Shown here piece by piece: positions 12,405 to 26,752 of a DNA stretch of 63,932 nt; position 1 is the first letter of the stretch; every line of letters starts with the position of its first letter. The notes under the pieces were generated by a model. The model searched no databases. It was not told the origin of the DNA and worked only from the letters and a program-made list of their open reading frames with translations. Source of the DNA: Octopus sinensis. Its lineage: Eukaryota. The stretch covers positions 16,306,069 to 16,370,000 of the forward strand of contig NC_043017.1 in NCBI RefSeq assembly GCF_006345805.1, in the 5' to 3' direction. Position numbers and translations under genes: made by a program.

Positions 12405-12801
12405 TCTTTATATATAAAAGAGAGGTTGTGTGGCTGTCTGCTACGATTTAGATTCCTAACTACTCCCACATTTTGCGGTGCAGTTTAACCAAAACCGGGT
12501 ATCTTATAGTCGTGATTCATATCGAGCCCTTCTGGGTATTAGCGCGCGTCTACGATGAGTCTACGATTTAAAAAAAAAATTATCATCATTTTTTTCCATT
12601 TTAATGCATTTTTTCGCTATTATATAAGGGAAGTAACTCTCTAAAAATGTCTACGATGAGTCAACGATTTAAAAAAAATTTACCATCATTTTTTTTCCAT
12701 TTTTAATGCATTTTTTTGCTATGTTTTGGCTATAACTCTCTAAAAATGCTTATATAGTTATTTCCCTTACAAACCCGAGCAACGCCGGGCGATACTGCTA
12801 G
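12405..12801 (+). mobile_element. Non-autonomous Helitron, family A copy 3 (internally rearranged)
   Basis: TC start, same 3' hairpin and CTAG, A12404^T12802. Lacks the ~190-bp GC-rich middle and duplicates the tacgatgagtc(t/a)acgattt module. Confidence 0.85.
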
Positions 12802-12802
12802 T

Positions 12803-14380
12803 TGTAAAATAAAATGCTTCAGAATTGCCAAGTTAACAGTTTGACCAGGAGGAACTAATTCTGTGTGGACAACTCCTTTCGCATTAATGAAACAAATTAG
12901 CATCGTCTTAACATTGGACTTTACTTGACACGTTTTTTGTGGTGTGGTGACATCGAATGCTTCCATTGACTTAATTGCTGCTTCGTTTCCAAATCGTAGC
13001 CGTAGCACCATCTTTCGTCAGGAGTGATGACCTTCGAAAAAAAGGTCCGGATCAATTTCTAACTATTCTTTCAGTTCATGACACACATTCAGTCGTGACC
13101 GTTTTTGATCTTCCGTGAGCAAATGAAGAACAAATTTTGTTGCAACTCTTTTCGTTCGCAATTCCTCGTTCAGAATTCGTAAGCAGGATCTCCAGGACAC
13201 AGCAGTCATATCAACACGTTCGTCAATTTTCAGTGACGGTCCTCCAAGATCAGTTCATGAGTTTTCATGATTTTTCATTCGTTCTGGAGGTCAATGGTCG
13301 TCCTGAACGAGGTTGGTCTTCAAGCGACAAGTGACCATTCCTAAAGCATGTGTAGGCATCTAGCTTGACCCTGCCTGAGATTTGAAACCAAATCCACCTG
13401 TTTGTTGCTTGTCAAAACTAGCGGGAAATCTTCTGCACACCAGTTGATTGATGAGGAAACACTCGACCCCCTACGACCTGTGCTGGTCAAGGAAAGGTCA
13501 GTCTTTTGTTTAAGGTTTGACCTATATTACTAACCATAGTTTATATAACAGAGAGAATTTCCTATCTCTTCCTCTGATGTGTCAGCTATGACCAACGAGC
13601 AACACGCTCTTTTGCGTTAGTCATGACCAAGAACAGCAGTTTCTTCGGCCGCAAGAAAGACGATGCCACCTTTATTCTTTCTTCCTTTCTAGTCAGCATC
13701 GTGCATGCCTTACTCTTTCACTCTCTGCTGACCGACAACCTTCTTCTACACTATCAACTACTAACTAGTGAGCCAACCTTGAAGAATTGCTACTGTCTCT
13801 TCAACTAACTGTCGGGTAAACGAATAAACATATGCAAATAATATTTCTTCCTTCTTGGTGTTGATTCTTCGATCTTCATTGGCTACTCCGACGGGAGCAC
13901 CCTGAAGCGTTACATCTACACCCTACATTCTGTAGTGGGCTACATCATATCCACATGATATAGCACATCACATCCAGCCCGCTATACGTGGAAACCACTC
14001 GTAAACTTGTGTTTTGCTCAAAAGCGGCTTCCTTGAAGCGTGACAGCTGTTTCGGTTGTCGTTTCTCCCGGTAGAAAACGGAATTTCACGGAAGCACGCC
14101 GTTCCTTTGTTTTCAGCCATCGCAAAAATCGACGAACAGAGGAGAAGCACTGCAAAACAAAGACGCACCCACAGTATGACCTCAATAGATAACGCCGGTC
14201 GGAAGCCTGACCTACCACGGGTTTATCACACAGAGAACGTTTCTGTTTACTTTTGGGTACCCCATAATATACTAAACCTGCAAAGTAACTTATTCCTTAA
14301 ATGCGGGTACATATGTGCACGCACCATTGTTCAGTTACCGAATAGTCAGCCTTCACTATATTTTTTTGAATGCCCTGATA
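12803..14380 (-). mobile_element. Decayed mariner transposon in two pieces (12803-13345, 13965-14380)
   Basis: KSNVKTMLICFINAKGVVHTELVPPGQTVN (mariner DDD domain), DDQPRSGRP-like linker, N-terminal LSKTQVYEWF, mariner-like end TA|TCAGGGCATTCAAAAAAA at 14362-14380. Confidence 0.8.
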
Positions 14381-14782
14381 TGAAAAGGTGAACAAATTTG
14401 ATATCAGGTATCTCAAATAATTAATCACGAAATTCATTAATACATATAACAAGACTACTTACAGCAGATTAAGTCAACGTATTACTCAAAGGCTTATATT
14501 ATTAGATGTGTCATAATAAGCTCCTATTGTAATGACTTAAGTTCGACGTTTGCGATAAAAATGGTGATTTCGTTTAATATTTTGTTGCTTAATTTATATT
14601 TCCTTTTATTTATTCGATTTATATTTTACTAAATTGAATAGGAAAAATAGCACCAACAAATATATATATTCTGCAACGACCATATTACAAAATATATTTT
14701 GGAGTTCGGAGGATAAAGCTTACATACACGTGTATAATGATTTATAATCCTTGACGTATGCATTAATCTTAGCATCAACTTC

Positions 14783-14802
14783 ACACACACACACACAAAT
14801 AC

Positions 14803-14858
<56 letters not shown>

Positions 14859-15061
14859 ACACACACTCACACTCACTCACACACACACACACACACTCTC
14901 ACACACACACAAACACAGACACACACACACACACACTCACACACACATTCACATACACACAAACACAGACACAGACACACAAACACACTGACACACACAC
15001 ACACACACACACTCACACACACATTCACATACACACAAACACAGACACAGACACACACACA

Positions 15062-15095
<34 letters not shown>

Positions 15096-15105
15096 CGCGC
15101 GCGCG
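14783..15105. repeat. Compound (CA)n microsatellite
   Basis: Read directly; explains the His/Thr and Cys/Val ORFs. Confidence 0.95.
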
Positions 15106-15690
15106 CGCATTCTCGGTTTTCGTTTGATCCAAATTGACACTCGTGTGTACACACGCACACACACAGACACTTAGAAATGCAGACACGTACACACGCACAC
15201 ACAAATACTCACTCATTCTTTTACCCCCACCCCCACATGTGGATTAAAAAAAAAAAAATTATCCAAACTGTTTTAATCGTAATTAACGTGGATGTTGCAA
15301 CGAATATCAAAGTCCAAGATACTGTTGTTGTATTTTGTATTATTCAGACATCGTTTTCTCCTGGTAACAAAGGATTGTGCTTAAATAACAAACACAGTGA
15401 TGTTTCGGTCGATGACGCATGGGAAATACATAACAAAAAAACATATATGTATATATATTTATGTATATATAATCAACCATAGAGTTAAACCAGTGCATCG
15501 GTTAATATTGGCATAATGACTCTCTACAGACACAACAAAATGATAAACTTACGAAGGTGAGTCTCCCTTTTATTTTACCTGTCGTCTACTATTTCGCTTC
15601 CTATTTCCTTAGTCTAATGAATGGATTGGCTCTTGGAGGTCCATGTGAGACTTTGCTGTTAAAATTCTTGTGCAATAAATTGGTTATATA

Positions 15691-15850
15691 GGCGTAGGCG
15701 AGGCTGTGAGGTAAGACGCTTGCTTCCCGACCACATGGTTCCGAGTTCAGTCTCACTGCGTGGTACCTTCGGCAAATGTTTAATATAGCCTCGGGCCGAC
15801 CAGAGCCTGGTGAGTAGATTTGGTACAAGGAAACTGAAATAAGTCCGTAG
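15691..15850 (+). mobile_element. tRNA-derived SINE family B, 5' half
   Basis: ggcgtaggcgaggctgtgaggtaag...ggttccgagttcagtc...ccttcggcaaatg...gcctcgggccgacc; matches 27692-28107, 29815-29943 and 47222-47326. Confidence 0.8.
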
Positions 15851-15863
15851 TATCTATCTATCT

Positions 15864-16138
15864 GTGATACACGATCCCTATTGATCGTTTTTTTTCCTCT
15901 TCCCCCTTTTTTCCTTCTTTTTCTTCTTTTTTCTTTTCTTTTCTTTTGTTCCTTTTCCTTTTTTTCTTTTCCTTTTTTTGTTCTTTTTTTTCCTTTTACG
16001 ATCCCTTTTGATCGAAAACCTACGCCACCTTTTTTTTCTTTTGTTTTTTGTTTTTTGTTTTTTTCATCCCCCAAAAGAAAAGCTCTACCTTGTAACTTGT
16101 CCCATCTGTGTGCAGCCCTGTGTGGCCAATAAAGAAAC

Positions 16139-16139
<1 letters not shown>
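15864..16139 (+). mobile_element. 5'-truncated Tx1/L1-like LINE 3' end inserted in (TATC)n
   Basis: Close match to 36160-36435; (TATC)3 on the left and a long (TATC)n on the right. Confidence 0.85.
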
Positions 16140-16222
<83 letters not shown>

Positions 16223-16289
16223 GTGTGTGTGCATTTATGTATGTGTGTATGTGTGTGTATATATATATATATGTATATATATATATGTG

Positions 16290-16325
<36 letters not shown>

Positions 16326-16456
16326 TGTATGTATGTATATATATATATATATATATTTTTTTTTATATAAATAAGGATAAGATCGTTATTTTAATTATCG
16401 ATCTTATCAGGTGGCCAGTATGGGAATAAAAACCTTCAAAGGTAATAATTATTATT

Positions 16457-16568
16457 AAAATTATAATTTAGGGTATCTAAGAGATACCGCCACGCTGGAA
16501 ATAGAGTCAAGTTTTGGCTGCTATTTCCAGCGTGAATGTATCTCTTAGATACCCTAAATTATAATTTT
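16457..16568. repeat. Foldback palindrome, 48-bp arms, 16-nt spacer
   Basis: aaaattataatttagggtatctaagagatac-cgc-cacgctggaaatag and its reverse complement, with a 3-nt internal mismatch. Confidence 0.9.
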
Positions 16569-16569
16569 A

Positions 16570-18137
<1,568 letters not shown>

Positions 18138-18283
18138 TATCAAAGTAACGGTAAATAAATACTTCTTTACAACATCGATCTCTGTTCTTCTTTCATCTTT
18201 CACATCTTACAATATGCCGTGGTAATAAATCTTTGCTGTTCACACACACACACGCTTTTTCTTTTCCAATTTTTATTATCTGC

Positions 18284-19050
18284 TTCAGCTCGTGAGCTGT
18301 GGCCGTGCTGAATACCACTATTGGTTTTGCTACGTTTTCCTTAATACTCTTTCTATGGTTGGCTTGGTGAATGAGGGAGTTCAGCATTACCACTTTCGAT
18401 TGCCTTTCCTGATGTGAAGTTGGCTCATCTGGGACTTTTGACTAGGAAATCCATTTCTGGTTTGAAGACGTCTGTATCCACTCCATGTAGGTCTCTCAAG
18501 TCTTTTCAGGAGGATATTGAAAGACTGTGAGCACTTATATCATAAACTGTTGCAGTATCCGGTCCTATATTTCGACGGTATGGGTGGGATCTGGCAGAAA
18601 CGTTAGTGCGCCGGGCGAAATGCTTAGCGGTATTTCGTCTGTCATTACGTTGTGAGTTCAAATTCCGCCGAGGTCGACTTTGCCTTTCATCCTTTCGGGG
18701 TCGATAAATTAAGTACCAGTTATGCACTGGGGTCGATGTAATCGACTTAATACCTATGTCTGTCCTTGTTTGTCCCCTCTATGTTTAGCCCCTTGTGGGT
18801 AATAAAGAAATAGGTATGGGTGGGATCTTTGGCACTACGTTCTGGAATTTTTGTAACTTCCAATGCCAAAGTAAGGTCCAGGACAAGACGTTCCATATCT
18901 TCCAAGTGTATATTACACCTCATCTTTCCACCCTCCGCACCTGGGAGTCACAACCTTTTCAGTTTTTACCAATAACAATTCTATTACACTGAGACAATCT
19001 TCTTTGAGTGTAGCTTCATTGAATTGCTTCAAGTTCAGCCACTCATTGTA
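18284..19050 (-). mobile_element. Decayed CR1/L2-type LINE 3' fragment interrupted by a SINE
   Basis: Homologous to 48255-48626; VIYTWKIWN-like motif; 3' tail ggccacagctcacgagctgaa. Confidence 0.65.
18591..18812 (+). mobile_element. SINE family A monomer with 16-bp TSD
   Basis: ggtatgggtgggatct at 18577-18592 and 18813-18828. Confidence 0.9.
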
Positions 19051-19064
19051 CTCTATGTGGTGTC

Positions 19065-19235
19065 CCTAGGACAAATATCCCCCAGAGGGCTCTCATGGGT
19101 TCTTGTTGTCATAGGTGCCCTGGGAATGATAGCAAAAGGGGCTGATTGCTACCTAACTCAGATACCAGGAAACGGTAGAAATTCAAAAGATAGTGCTCAT
19201 GGGAACTGCCCATATCCAGCGTAGAATACTGTCTC
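19065..19235 (+). mobile_element. R4/Dong-clade C-terminal fragment
   Basis: VVIGALGMIAKGADCYLTQIPGN...IQKIVLMGTAHIQRRIL. Confidence 0.7.
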
Positions 19236-19346
19236 TGTTTTAAAACAAACTCATAATTTTCTTATGGTTTCTTAAACATTCTCTAAAACAATATTATTTA
19301 CATTATTTACATCAGACGGATATTTGTCCTCATCTTGTTTGATGTT

Positions 19347-19394
19347 AACACAACGTTTCGGATGATATACCCTCCAGCCTTCATCAGGGGTCTT
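19347..19394 (-). ncRNA. Degenerate minimal type I hammerhead
   Basis: Minus strand: AAGACCC-CTGATGA-A-GGCTG...CATCC-GAAA-CG-T-T-GTGTT; one mismatch each in helix I and helix II. Confidence 0.5.
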
Positions 19395-19440
19395 GGGGAA
19401 ATTTCGAACCTGGGTTCTCATTCTTAAAGTATTTTTCGAA

Positions 19441-19442
<2 letters not shown>

Positions 19443-19479
<37 letters not shown>

Positions 19480-20036
19480 GAGTGAGAGAGCAGTGCATGC
19501 CATCAAAGTGACACTGGGGTAAAATATACGAAGCCCGGTATACCCATCATGACTACCCCGTCTGATGAGGGTACATTAGGCACATGCATCACAACCATAT
19601 GTGCTCGACATGGTGATCTCATATCAAGTTAAACAGCGCATGACCTTGTAGGTGGGGCCCAGTTAGAATTTTCTTCTGGTCAAGTAGCCCATCCCGCTCA
19701 AAAGGTCCCTGAATGAGGATTGTTTAAGGATGTTGAACGAACTACGCATGTTTCCAAAGGTGAATTATCCAAACCTCCAAGAATTCCTTTCAACATACAG
19801 CTATGATGCTCCCCCGTTACTTCTGCTCGTGGTCAGAGATGCACATATCGTCAGCCACTAAGGGACACGCTCAACTGGTTAAGGTAAAACAACTGACAAG
19901 CAAATCTGTGGTATTGAGCAGAATATTTGCTGTAGCCCATCTTTTATACCAAGACAAAACAATGTACATGATAACACTTCCAATCAGTTAAGATCAGAAG
20001 CCACGAGAGCCACTGTCTGGTACTGCATCAGGGAAT
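19443..20036 (-). mobile_element. (TAA)n-tailed interspersed retroposon, unclassified
   Basis: Ends ctctctcactcaataataat on the minus strand; near-identical partial copy at 26985-27178. Confidence 0.65.
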
Positions 20037-20093
20037 TTATTATTATATTATTATTATTATTATTATTATTATTGTTGTTGTTGTTGTTGTTGT

Positions 20094-20990
20094 TGTTCAA
20101 AGAAGCGCTGGCGTTTCTCGTACCGGCGGATCCTTTGTGCTTTGGCGAGGATATCTTGCTTCAGCTTTTCTTTTATCTCAGGTAAATAGTTGAACTTTTT
20201 GTTTTGTTCAAAGAAGCGCTGGCGTTTCTCGTACCGGCGGATCCTTTGTGCTTTGGCAAGGATATCTTGCTTCCGCTTTTCTTTTATCTCAGGTAAATAG
20301 TTGAACTTTTTGTTTTGTTCAAAGAAGCGTTGGCGTTTCTCGTACCGGCGGATCCTTTGTGCTTTGGCAAGGATATCTTGCTTCAGCTTTTCTTTTATCT
20401 CAGGTAAATAGTTGAACTTTTTGTTTTGTTCAAAGAAGCGCTGGCGTTCTCGTACCGGCGGATCCTTTGTGCTTTGGCAAGGATATCTTGCTTCAGCTTT
20501 TTTTTTATCTCAGGTAAATAGTTGAACTTTTTGTTTTGTTCAAAGAAGCGCTGGCGTTTCTCGTACCGGCGGATCCTTTGTGCTTTGGCAAGGATATCTT
20601 GCTTCCGCTTTTCTTTTATCTCAGGTAAATAGTTGAACTTTTTGTTTTGTTCAAAGAAGCGCTGGCGTTTCTCGTACCGGCGGATCTTTGTGCTTTGGCA
20701 AGGATATCTTGCTTCCGCTTTTCTTTTATCTCAGGTAAATAGTTGAACTTTTTGTTTTGTTCAAAGAAGCGCTGGCGCTTCTCGTACCGGCGGATCCTTT
20801 GTGCTTTGGCGAGGATATCTTGCTTCAGCTTTTCTTTTATCTCAGGTAAATAGTTGAACTTTTTGTTTTGTTCAAAGAAGCGCTGGCGTTTCTCGTACCG
20901 GCGGATCCTTTGTGCTTTGGCAAGGATATCTTGCTTCCGCTTTTCTTTTATCTCAGGTAAATTCAGCTTTTCTTTTTTCTCAGGTAAATA
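20094..20990 (-). repeat. Tandem array of 8 x 111-bp units derived from R4/Dong coding sequence
   Basis: Anchor caaagaagc at 20098, 20209, 20320, 20431, 20541, 20652, 20762, 20873. Minus-strand unit translates NKKFNYLPEIKEKLKQDILAKAQRIRRYEKRQRFFEQ without a stop. Confidence 0.9.
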
Positions 20991-23200
20991 TTATTATTAT
21001 TATTATTAATATTTTCAGATTGATTTGCATGATAATAAATGCAACTCAATCTTCTGACCGGGTACCAACCAGAGACCTAAGGTACATTTATATTAGATGG
21101 AGAGAAACTTTTTGAGAATGTAGGCGTTTGATGTCAACAAAAGATTTTGAGTCTTATAGAGTGTTGGTTTCCCAAGGATCTGGTCAAAAAATTTGTGTCT
21201 TTTTTGATCATTCCTAGGGCACCTACAACAACAGGGATGGTTTTGGTTTTTGACTGCCACGTCCTAGATATCTCAATCTCAAGGTCCTTATATTTCGACA
21301 GTTTTTCAAATTCCTTTGTTGAAATGTTTCTATCAGTAGGCAGGTATGTTTTTTTTTCTTTTTCGCCTTTGATGACGATGTCTGGTCCGTTAGCATTTAT
21401 TTGCCTGTCTGTATGTATCCCATAATCCCATAGGATGGTAATAGTCTCTCCCTCAGTGGATGGCCCTGGATGGTGTTCATACCAGTTCTTAGGGTGCAGA
21501 ATATCATAGCGACGGCACATGTTTCAGTGCAAGTATTGGCAAACTCGATCATGCCTGGTTTTATATTCTGTAGGGGCAAGGACTGCGCAGCCACCATCAA
21601 TGGGGTCAACACTCTCAAGTTTGTCATTGTAGAGTCTACACTTTGTGTTTACATCGTTGTGTGTGACATTTGCTTAATAGTTCCGGGTGAGGAGATTCTG
21701 ATCTTGTGCCACTAGGATAAACCCTTCTGTTGCGGCTTTGAAACCAATACTCTGCAGCTACTGAAGGGTTCTTCTTATATCCCCATCAGCTTCCCCAGCT
21801 CGTTTAGAGTATTGCCCATGCGATGGATTTTCTTGCCACAGTCTTGATATTTCCTTCAAGCTTTCTTGTTTGGCTTTTGCTTTACACTTTTTTGTTGTCT
21901 TAGTAGGTGGTATGTTCTCATTGTCATCATCATAAACAAGCCCCCTTTACATGCACCCTTTGGGATTGAGTGCAGTTTCTTACACTGTTCGTGTTGCTTT
22001 ACCAGCTGTATCTTCCAGTTGGTGTTACTTCGGATGTACACTTGGAGTCCTATCGTGGTCGTTTTATACGACATTTCAAGCTGGATTAGGCCCCTGCTGC
22101 CTTCCTTCCGTGGGAGATAGAGCCTGTCGACGACTGATTTTGGGTGATGCATCCTGTTTAGTGTCAGTAGTTTCCTGGCCTTTATGTCCATACGCTTGAA
22201 GATCAGTCGGATTCCAATTAATGACATTAAGGCTATACTGGATATCTGTATATATAGCTTATATCTGCAATTCTATTCTGAGAGTTCAGCTCAGTATTCA
22301 GGACCATTCTGACACGTCTATAATACTCTTTCCTTGTCTTTGATTGCTCCGTGTTGAATCCCTTTTCCTTTCTGTATCCCAACATACTTATAAAAGCCTT
22401 TTTGGTTCAGGTTCTTTATAGATGCATCATGATCAAATTGCATTGTGGTATTAAATTGCATTGTGGTATTAAATGTGGTATTAAGGCGGCGAGCTGGCAG
22501 AACTGTTAGCACGCCGGGCGAAATGCGTAGCCGTATTTCGTCTGCAGCTACGTTCTTAGTTCAAATTCCGCCGAGGTCGACTTTGCCTTTCATCCTTTCG
22601 GGGTCGATAAATTAAGTACCAGTTACGCACTGGAGTCGATGTAATCGACTTAATCCGTTTGTCTGTCCTTGTTTATCCTCTCTGTGTTTAGCCTCTTGTG
22701 GGTAGTAAAGAAATAGGTATTTCGTCTGCCGCTGCGTTCTGAGTTCAAATTCCGCCGAGGTCGACTTTGCCTTTCATCTTTTCGGGGTCGATAAATTAAG
22801 TACCAGTTACGCACTGGGGTCGATGTAATCGACTTAATCCGTTTGTCTGTCATTGTTTGTCCTCTCTGTGTTTAGCCCCTTGTGGGCAGTAAAGAAATAG
22901 GTATTAAATGCCAGTTTACTACGTTTGGACGAAGTTTTTGCACACTTGTTAAGGTCAAATTCCATACATATGTCATCACTGAAGTCTTTCACAGTTACAA
23001 GCAGCCTTCTCAGATCCTTGTCATCTTTTGCCTATAATTTCACATCATCAATGTAGAGCAAGTGTGATATGATCTTGTCAAACATTTTGTAACCGTAATT
23101 TGTTTTATTCAGCTCGTGGGACAATGGAATGAGGGCAAGACAGAAGAAGAAAGGTGTTATATCCTTATGGATAAACGAATATACTGCAACAGTGTAATGA
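20991..23200 (-). mobile_element. Degenerate 5'-truncated R4/Dong-clade LINE with (TAA)n tail
   Basis: SHLLYIDDVKL (RT), YKYVGI, RLYLPRKEGSRGL, ILWDYGIHTDRQINANGPDIV and EKLSKYKDLEIEI (RLE), PVVVGALGMIKK; tail at 20991-21007. Confidence 0.85.
22485..22899 (+). mobile_element. SINE family A, dimeric form, inserted in the Dong LINE
   Basis: Junction gaaatag|gtatttcgtc at 22716/22717; 8-bp TSD ggtattaa at 22477-22484 and 22900-22907. Confidence 0.9.
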
Positions 23201-23329
23201 CAACATAATCGAAACAAACGGCAGTAAACACACGGAACAACAATCTCTCCAGAACCGACAATCCAACGCGCTAACTCGAACTGTAAATTTTGAACTTCAA
23301 CTTTGAACTATGAACACACAAACTGTGGA

Positions 23330-26300
23330 ATTAGCACGAACTACCTCACTTTCTCAGACCGCTATTATTTATATGTTGTGGTACAGTCCATTCTCGCCAG
23401 GGGCCGTCGTACTCTCGCACAACATCTACCCTTTTGAGATTTCGTGTTCCAAAGGAATAAAGAAATTTTTTATTTACATATATGTTTTTTTTTTGTTAGT
23501 ATCTCATTTCGCTTGGGCATTAGCTCAAGGTGTTCGGCTTGCTGGTTCTACGGGACTCTGTTACTCTTGATCAAAATACCGTCCAAGTGCGGGATTACAA
23601 ATTCACAACCAGGTCACATGGCATCCATAATTCGCTGGAATGGCACACGCAACGCTGAGCAACAGAAGGAAAAAGAAGAAATGAGATGGCGAGAAAGAAG
23701 AGGAAATTCAGCCAATGTACGCTGCTCGCATCGCAACACTTGTACATCCAAGCACTGCCACTACTACCACTAACATTAACACATTGAACACCCAACGGCA
23801 GCAACAACAACAACAACCCGATGCATTAAACAGACGAGGTTTTGCTTCAACAGCAAAACCAAACAATGGATTTATAAATGTTTCTGTAGAATCTCTCAAA
23901 GACAACAGAAACATTTTAAAAAGAAAAAGCGAAAGATGTGTTTCGCTAAACACACCGACAGATATTATAAAGAAAACAGGCAAACGTGCCATAGTGTACA
24001 AAACTATATCATTAAAAAATAAACGTATAGAAACGGTCGCAAAGCAAGCAGTTGAGAAATGCTTGGATGCACATGGAAAGACGTAAGTTATTTGGCGAGG
24101 AGTAAGAAATAAGGCACAATTGCAATTAGATTTGCTACAGAAGGCGTAGCAGAACAGCACTCAAAAGCCCGTCTGAGAAATAGTGAACCTGTCCTAGTTC
24201 CAACATACTTAGGACGGCGCTTCGCCAAGATAAAAATACCAGGAATACCATCAAAAATGAGAAGTTACTGGATTGTTGTAGTCGTTCTTCTTAACTTGGA
24301 AGATAAAATCAGAATCATCCAAGTCGAGGAACAAGGAAAAAACGAGTGGACTGGACTGGTCAGGAATTGCAAATAATGGTCCGAATAAACGAAAGGGTTT
24401 TGGGACAAATACCTGACCAACTCAGCCTTCCAGATGGCTCTATGCTGAACGTCACAGTTGAGGGCAGAAGGCCAAGATGTCATCAATGCGGACGGAATAA
24501 TCGCCTGAAAGCCTTCTGCCCACAACTAAAACAAAATTGGGGCACTACCCGCTTGATACAAGCACCACCCACACTGTAACAACTGAAGCAACCCCAACAA
24601 CACAAGCAACCCCAACACGAGAAGAAACCTCAAGAAAAGAAAGCAGTAAGGGCTCCAGCAAAAACACCACTACAAACAACCATTACGTGAGAGAACAACA
24701 CCAACAACAGCAGAGGCGCTGACTACCACCACCACCACCACCACCACCACCACCACCACCACCACCACCACCACCGCCGCCACCACCACCACCACCACCA
24801 CCACCTCCACCACCACCTCCACCACCACCACCACCACCACCACCACCTCCACCACCATAACCACCACCACCACCACCACCACCACCACCACAGCGCCTAC
24901 AAAAAACAACACGGCTCTTGCCAGAGGAACAAAAAACATCAGCAAATTTCGACCACTGGAACTACCCCTTCCCGACCCTGACCACTTAGACATGACGTGC
25001 GGAGTGGCCAACGGAGTTGAGTGGACAAAACCCACACGCAAAAGATTAAGAAAAATGCACAACAGTACACTAACAAATAAACAAGCTGTACCCCCCAAAA
25101 GAAAGGCAATCAAAATCACCCGAAGACAACAACACACCGACACCCACGCTTCCAACACCACAGACACAACCAACAGTAAAAGGCACAACAGGATCAACAC
25201 AAAAAGAAACACAACTAAGAAAAACACCACAAAACTCACCGCCATAAATACAGACAACACAAACTTACTATTATACATAAAAAAACATTCAGAGATCAAA
25301 ATGACTTTGTTTCCCCCACGGGTAACACACCGCCACCACACATACTTCAAACATCGCAACATACAGCAACATAAAATCCAAATTGCCGTAGGGCGGTCGG
25401 AGGCTTCACACTGCTAACGGTAAGTAGTCCTCTCCTATTTCCTCCTTACCAGCCACTCAAATGGTCTTACTCAAAATAAGGTTGCATAAATGTACGTGGC
25501 CTGGGCTCCCCCTTGCAAACAAGGCCACCTACTCAACAACCTCAGGTCACGAGGAATAGATGTAACAGCCGTTTCTGAATCCAGACTAACCGAGACGCGA
25601 GCTTTCATGCCTATTTTCGATGATTACAGATCTACGCATCTCCGTGTCGGCGGGGAATGGGTGGTGGGGGCACAGTAGTATTGTTTCGGAAAGGTCTAGA
25701 TCTCAAAATAAGGTCAGTCTTCCGGGACGCAGAAGGTAAGCTAGTGGTCCTGGACGTGAACGGTATTAACGGTGGGGCCTTCAAACCGGTGGCTGTTTAG
25801 GCACCGACAAGGTGCAGGACGCCGGAATACTTCAGGCATCTGGAGGTCTCCTGGGTACGTCCCTATCTTTAGTACTAGTGGGCGATTTCAACGTCACCTT
25901 AGTTGCACAATTGGATTGTATGGGGTTAGCCGAGAGGACGGTGAGCAGGTGTGGTTGCCGTTTGTCAGACTCGCTTTTCTGCAGCTCGTCTCTTTGACTG
26001 AACTGCAATCTTGGGTCAAGCGTAGACGGAGGCTGGGTATCTGGCACCTTGAGTGTCGCCAGGCACTCACGCTCCTCACTCAGTTGGGCAATGTGATTAG
26101 TGGAAGTTCTGCTATTACGCTGTACAGAGGGTTAGTGGTGAAAGGAAACGACGACGTCCTCGGGGAGACTCTAAGGGGTCGATGAATTTCAACTCGCCAC
26201 TCTGTTCCGGAGGACTTTCGGGCCGGAGCCTATAGATAACTTCCAGAAATCCCTGGCTTGGCAATGCTACCGGGGGGGGGGTTAGTTTGCCTGTTCGAGA

Positions 26301-26706
26301 TAAACTCTACAGGCACGGAAGTGCTGTCAGTCTGACCTACCCGAGATGTGCGCAGAGCAATGAAACCGTTCTGCGCGCACTCGTCCAGTGTTCGGGCATA
26401 CCTTATATATGGGTTGATGTGGAACGCCCACTTATCACGTATAGGACGTTCCGCTTGTCGGCTGATTCCGCCAAGGGGAGGCAATTTTCATTTGTCTCGT
26501 GGCTGCAGCGAAAGACGTTGTGTGGTGACCTAGACTGAAAGGGCCAACACCTCATCAACTTTTTCAGATGCCATCTGGTAAGGAAAGTGAGGGTTGAGAG
26601 AGAAGTGCTGATTTGCAGCAAATTTGTTAAAAGGTGGGTGAATGTGGAGAAGATGGTCCGTATCATCGAGCCTACTTTGAGCATGTGCTTTTGAGTTTCC
26701 AAGACT

Positions 26707-26752
<46 letters not shown>

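Noticed and set aside
14041-14058. GAAA-CAGCTG-TC hammerhead-like half motif on the minus strand
   Set aside because: It lies inside mariner coding sequence (ETAVT) with no CUGANGA core or helices nearby.
20094-20990. CRISPR-like regular array
   Set aside because: The units are contiguous and near-identical with no unique spacers, the context is eukaryotic and there are no cas genes.
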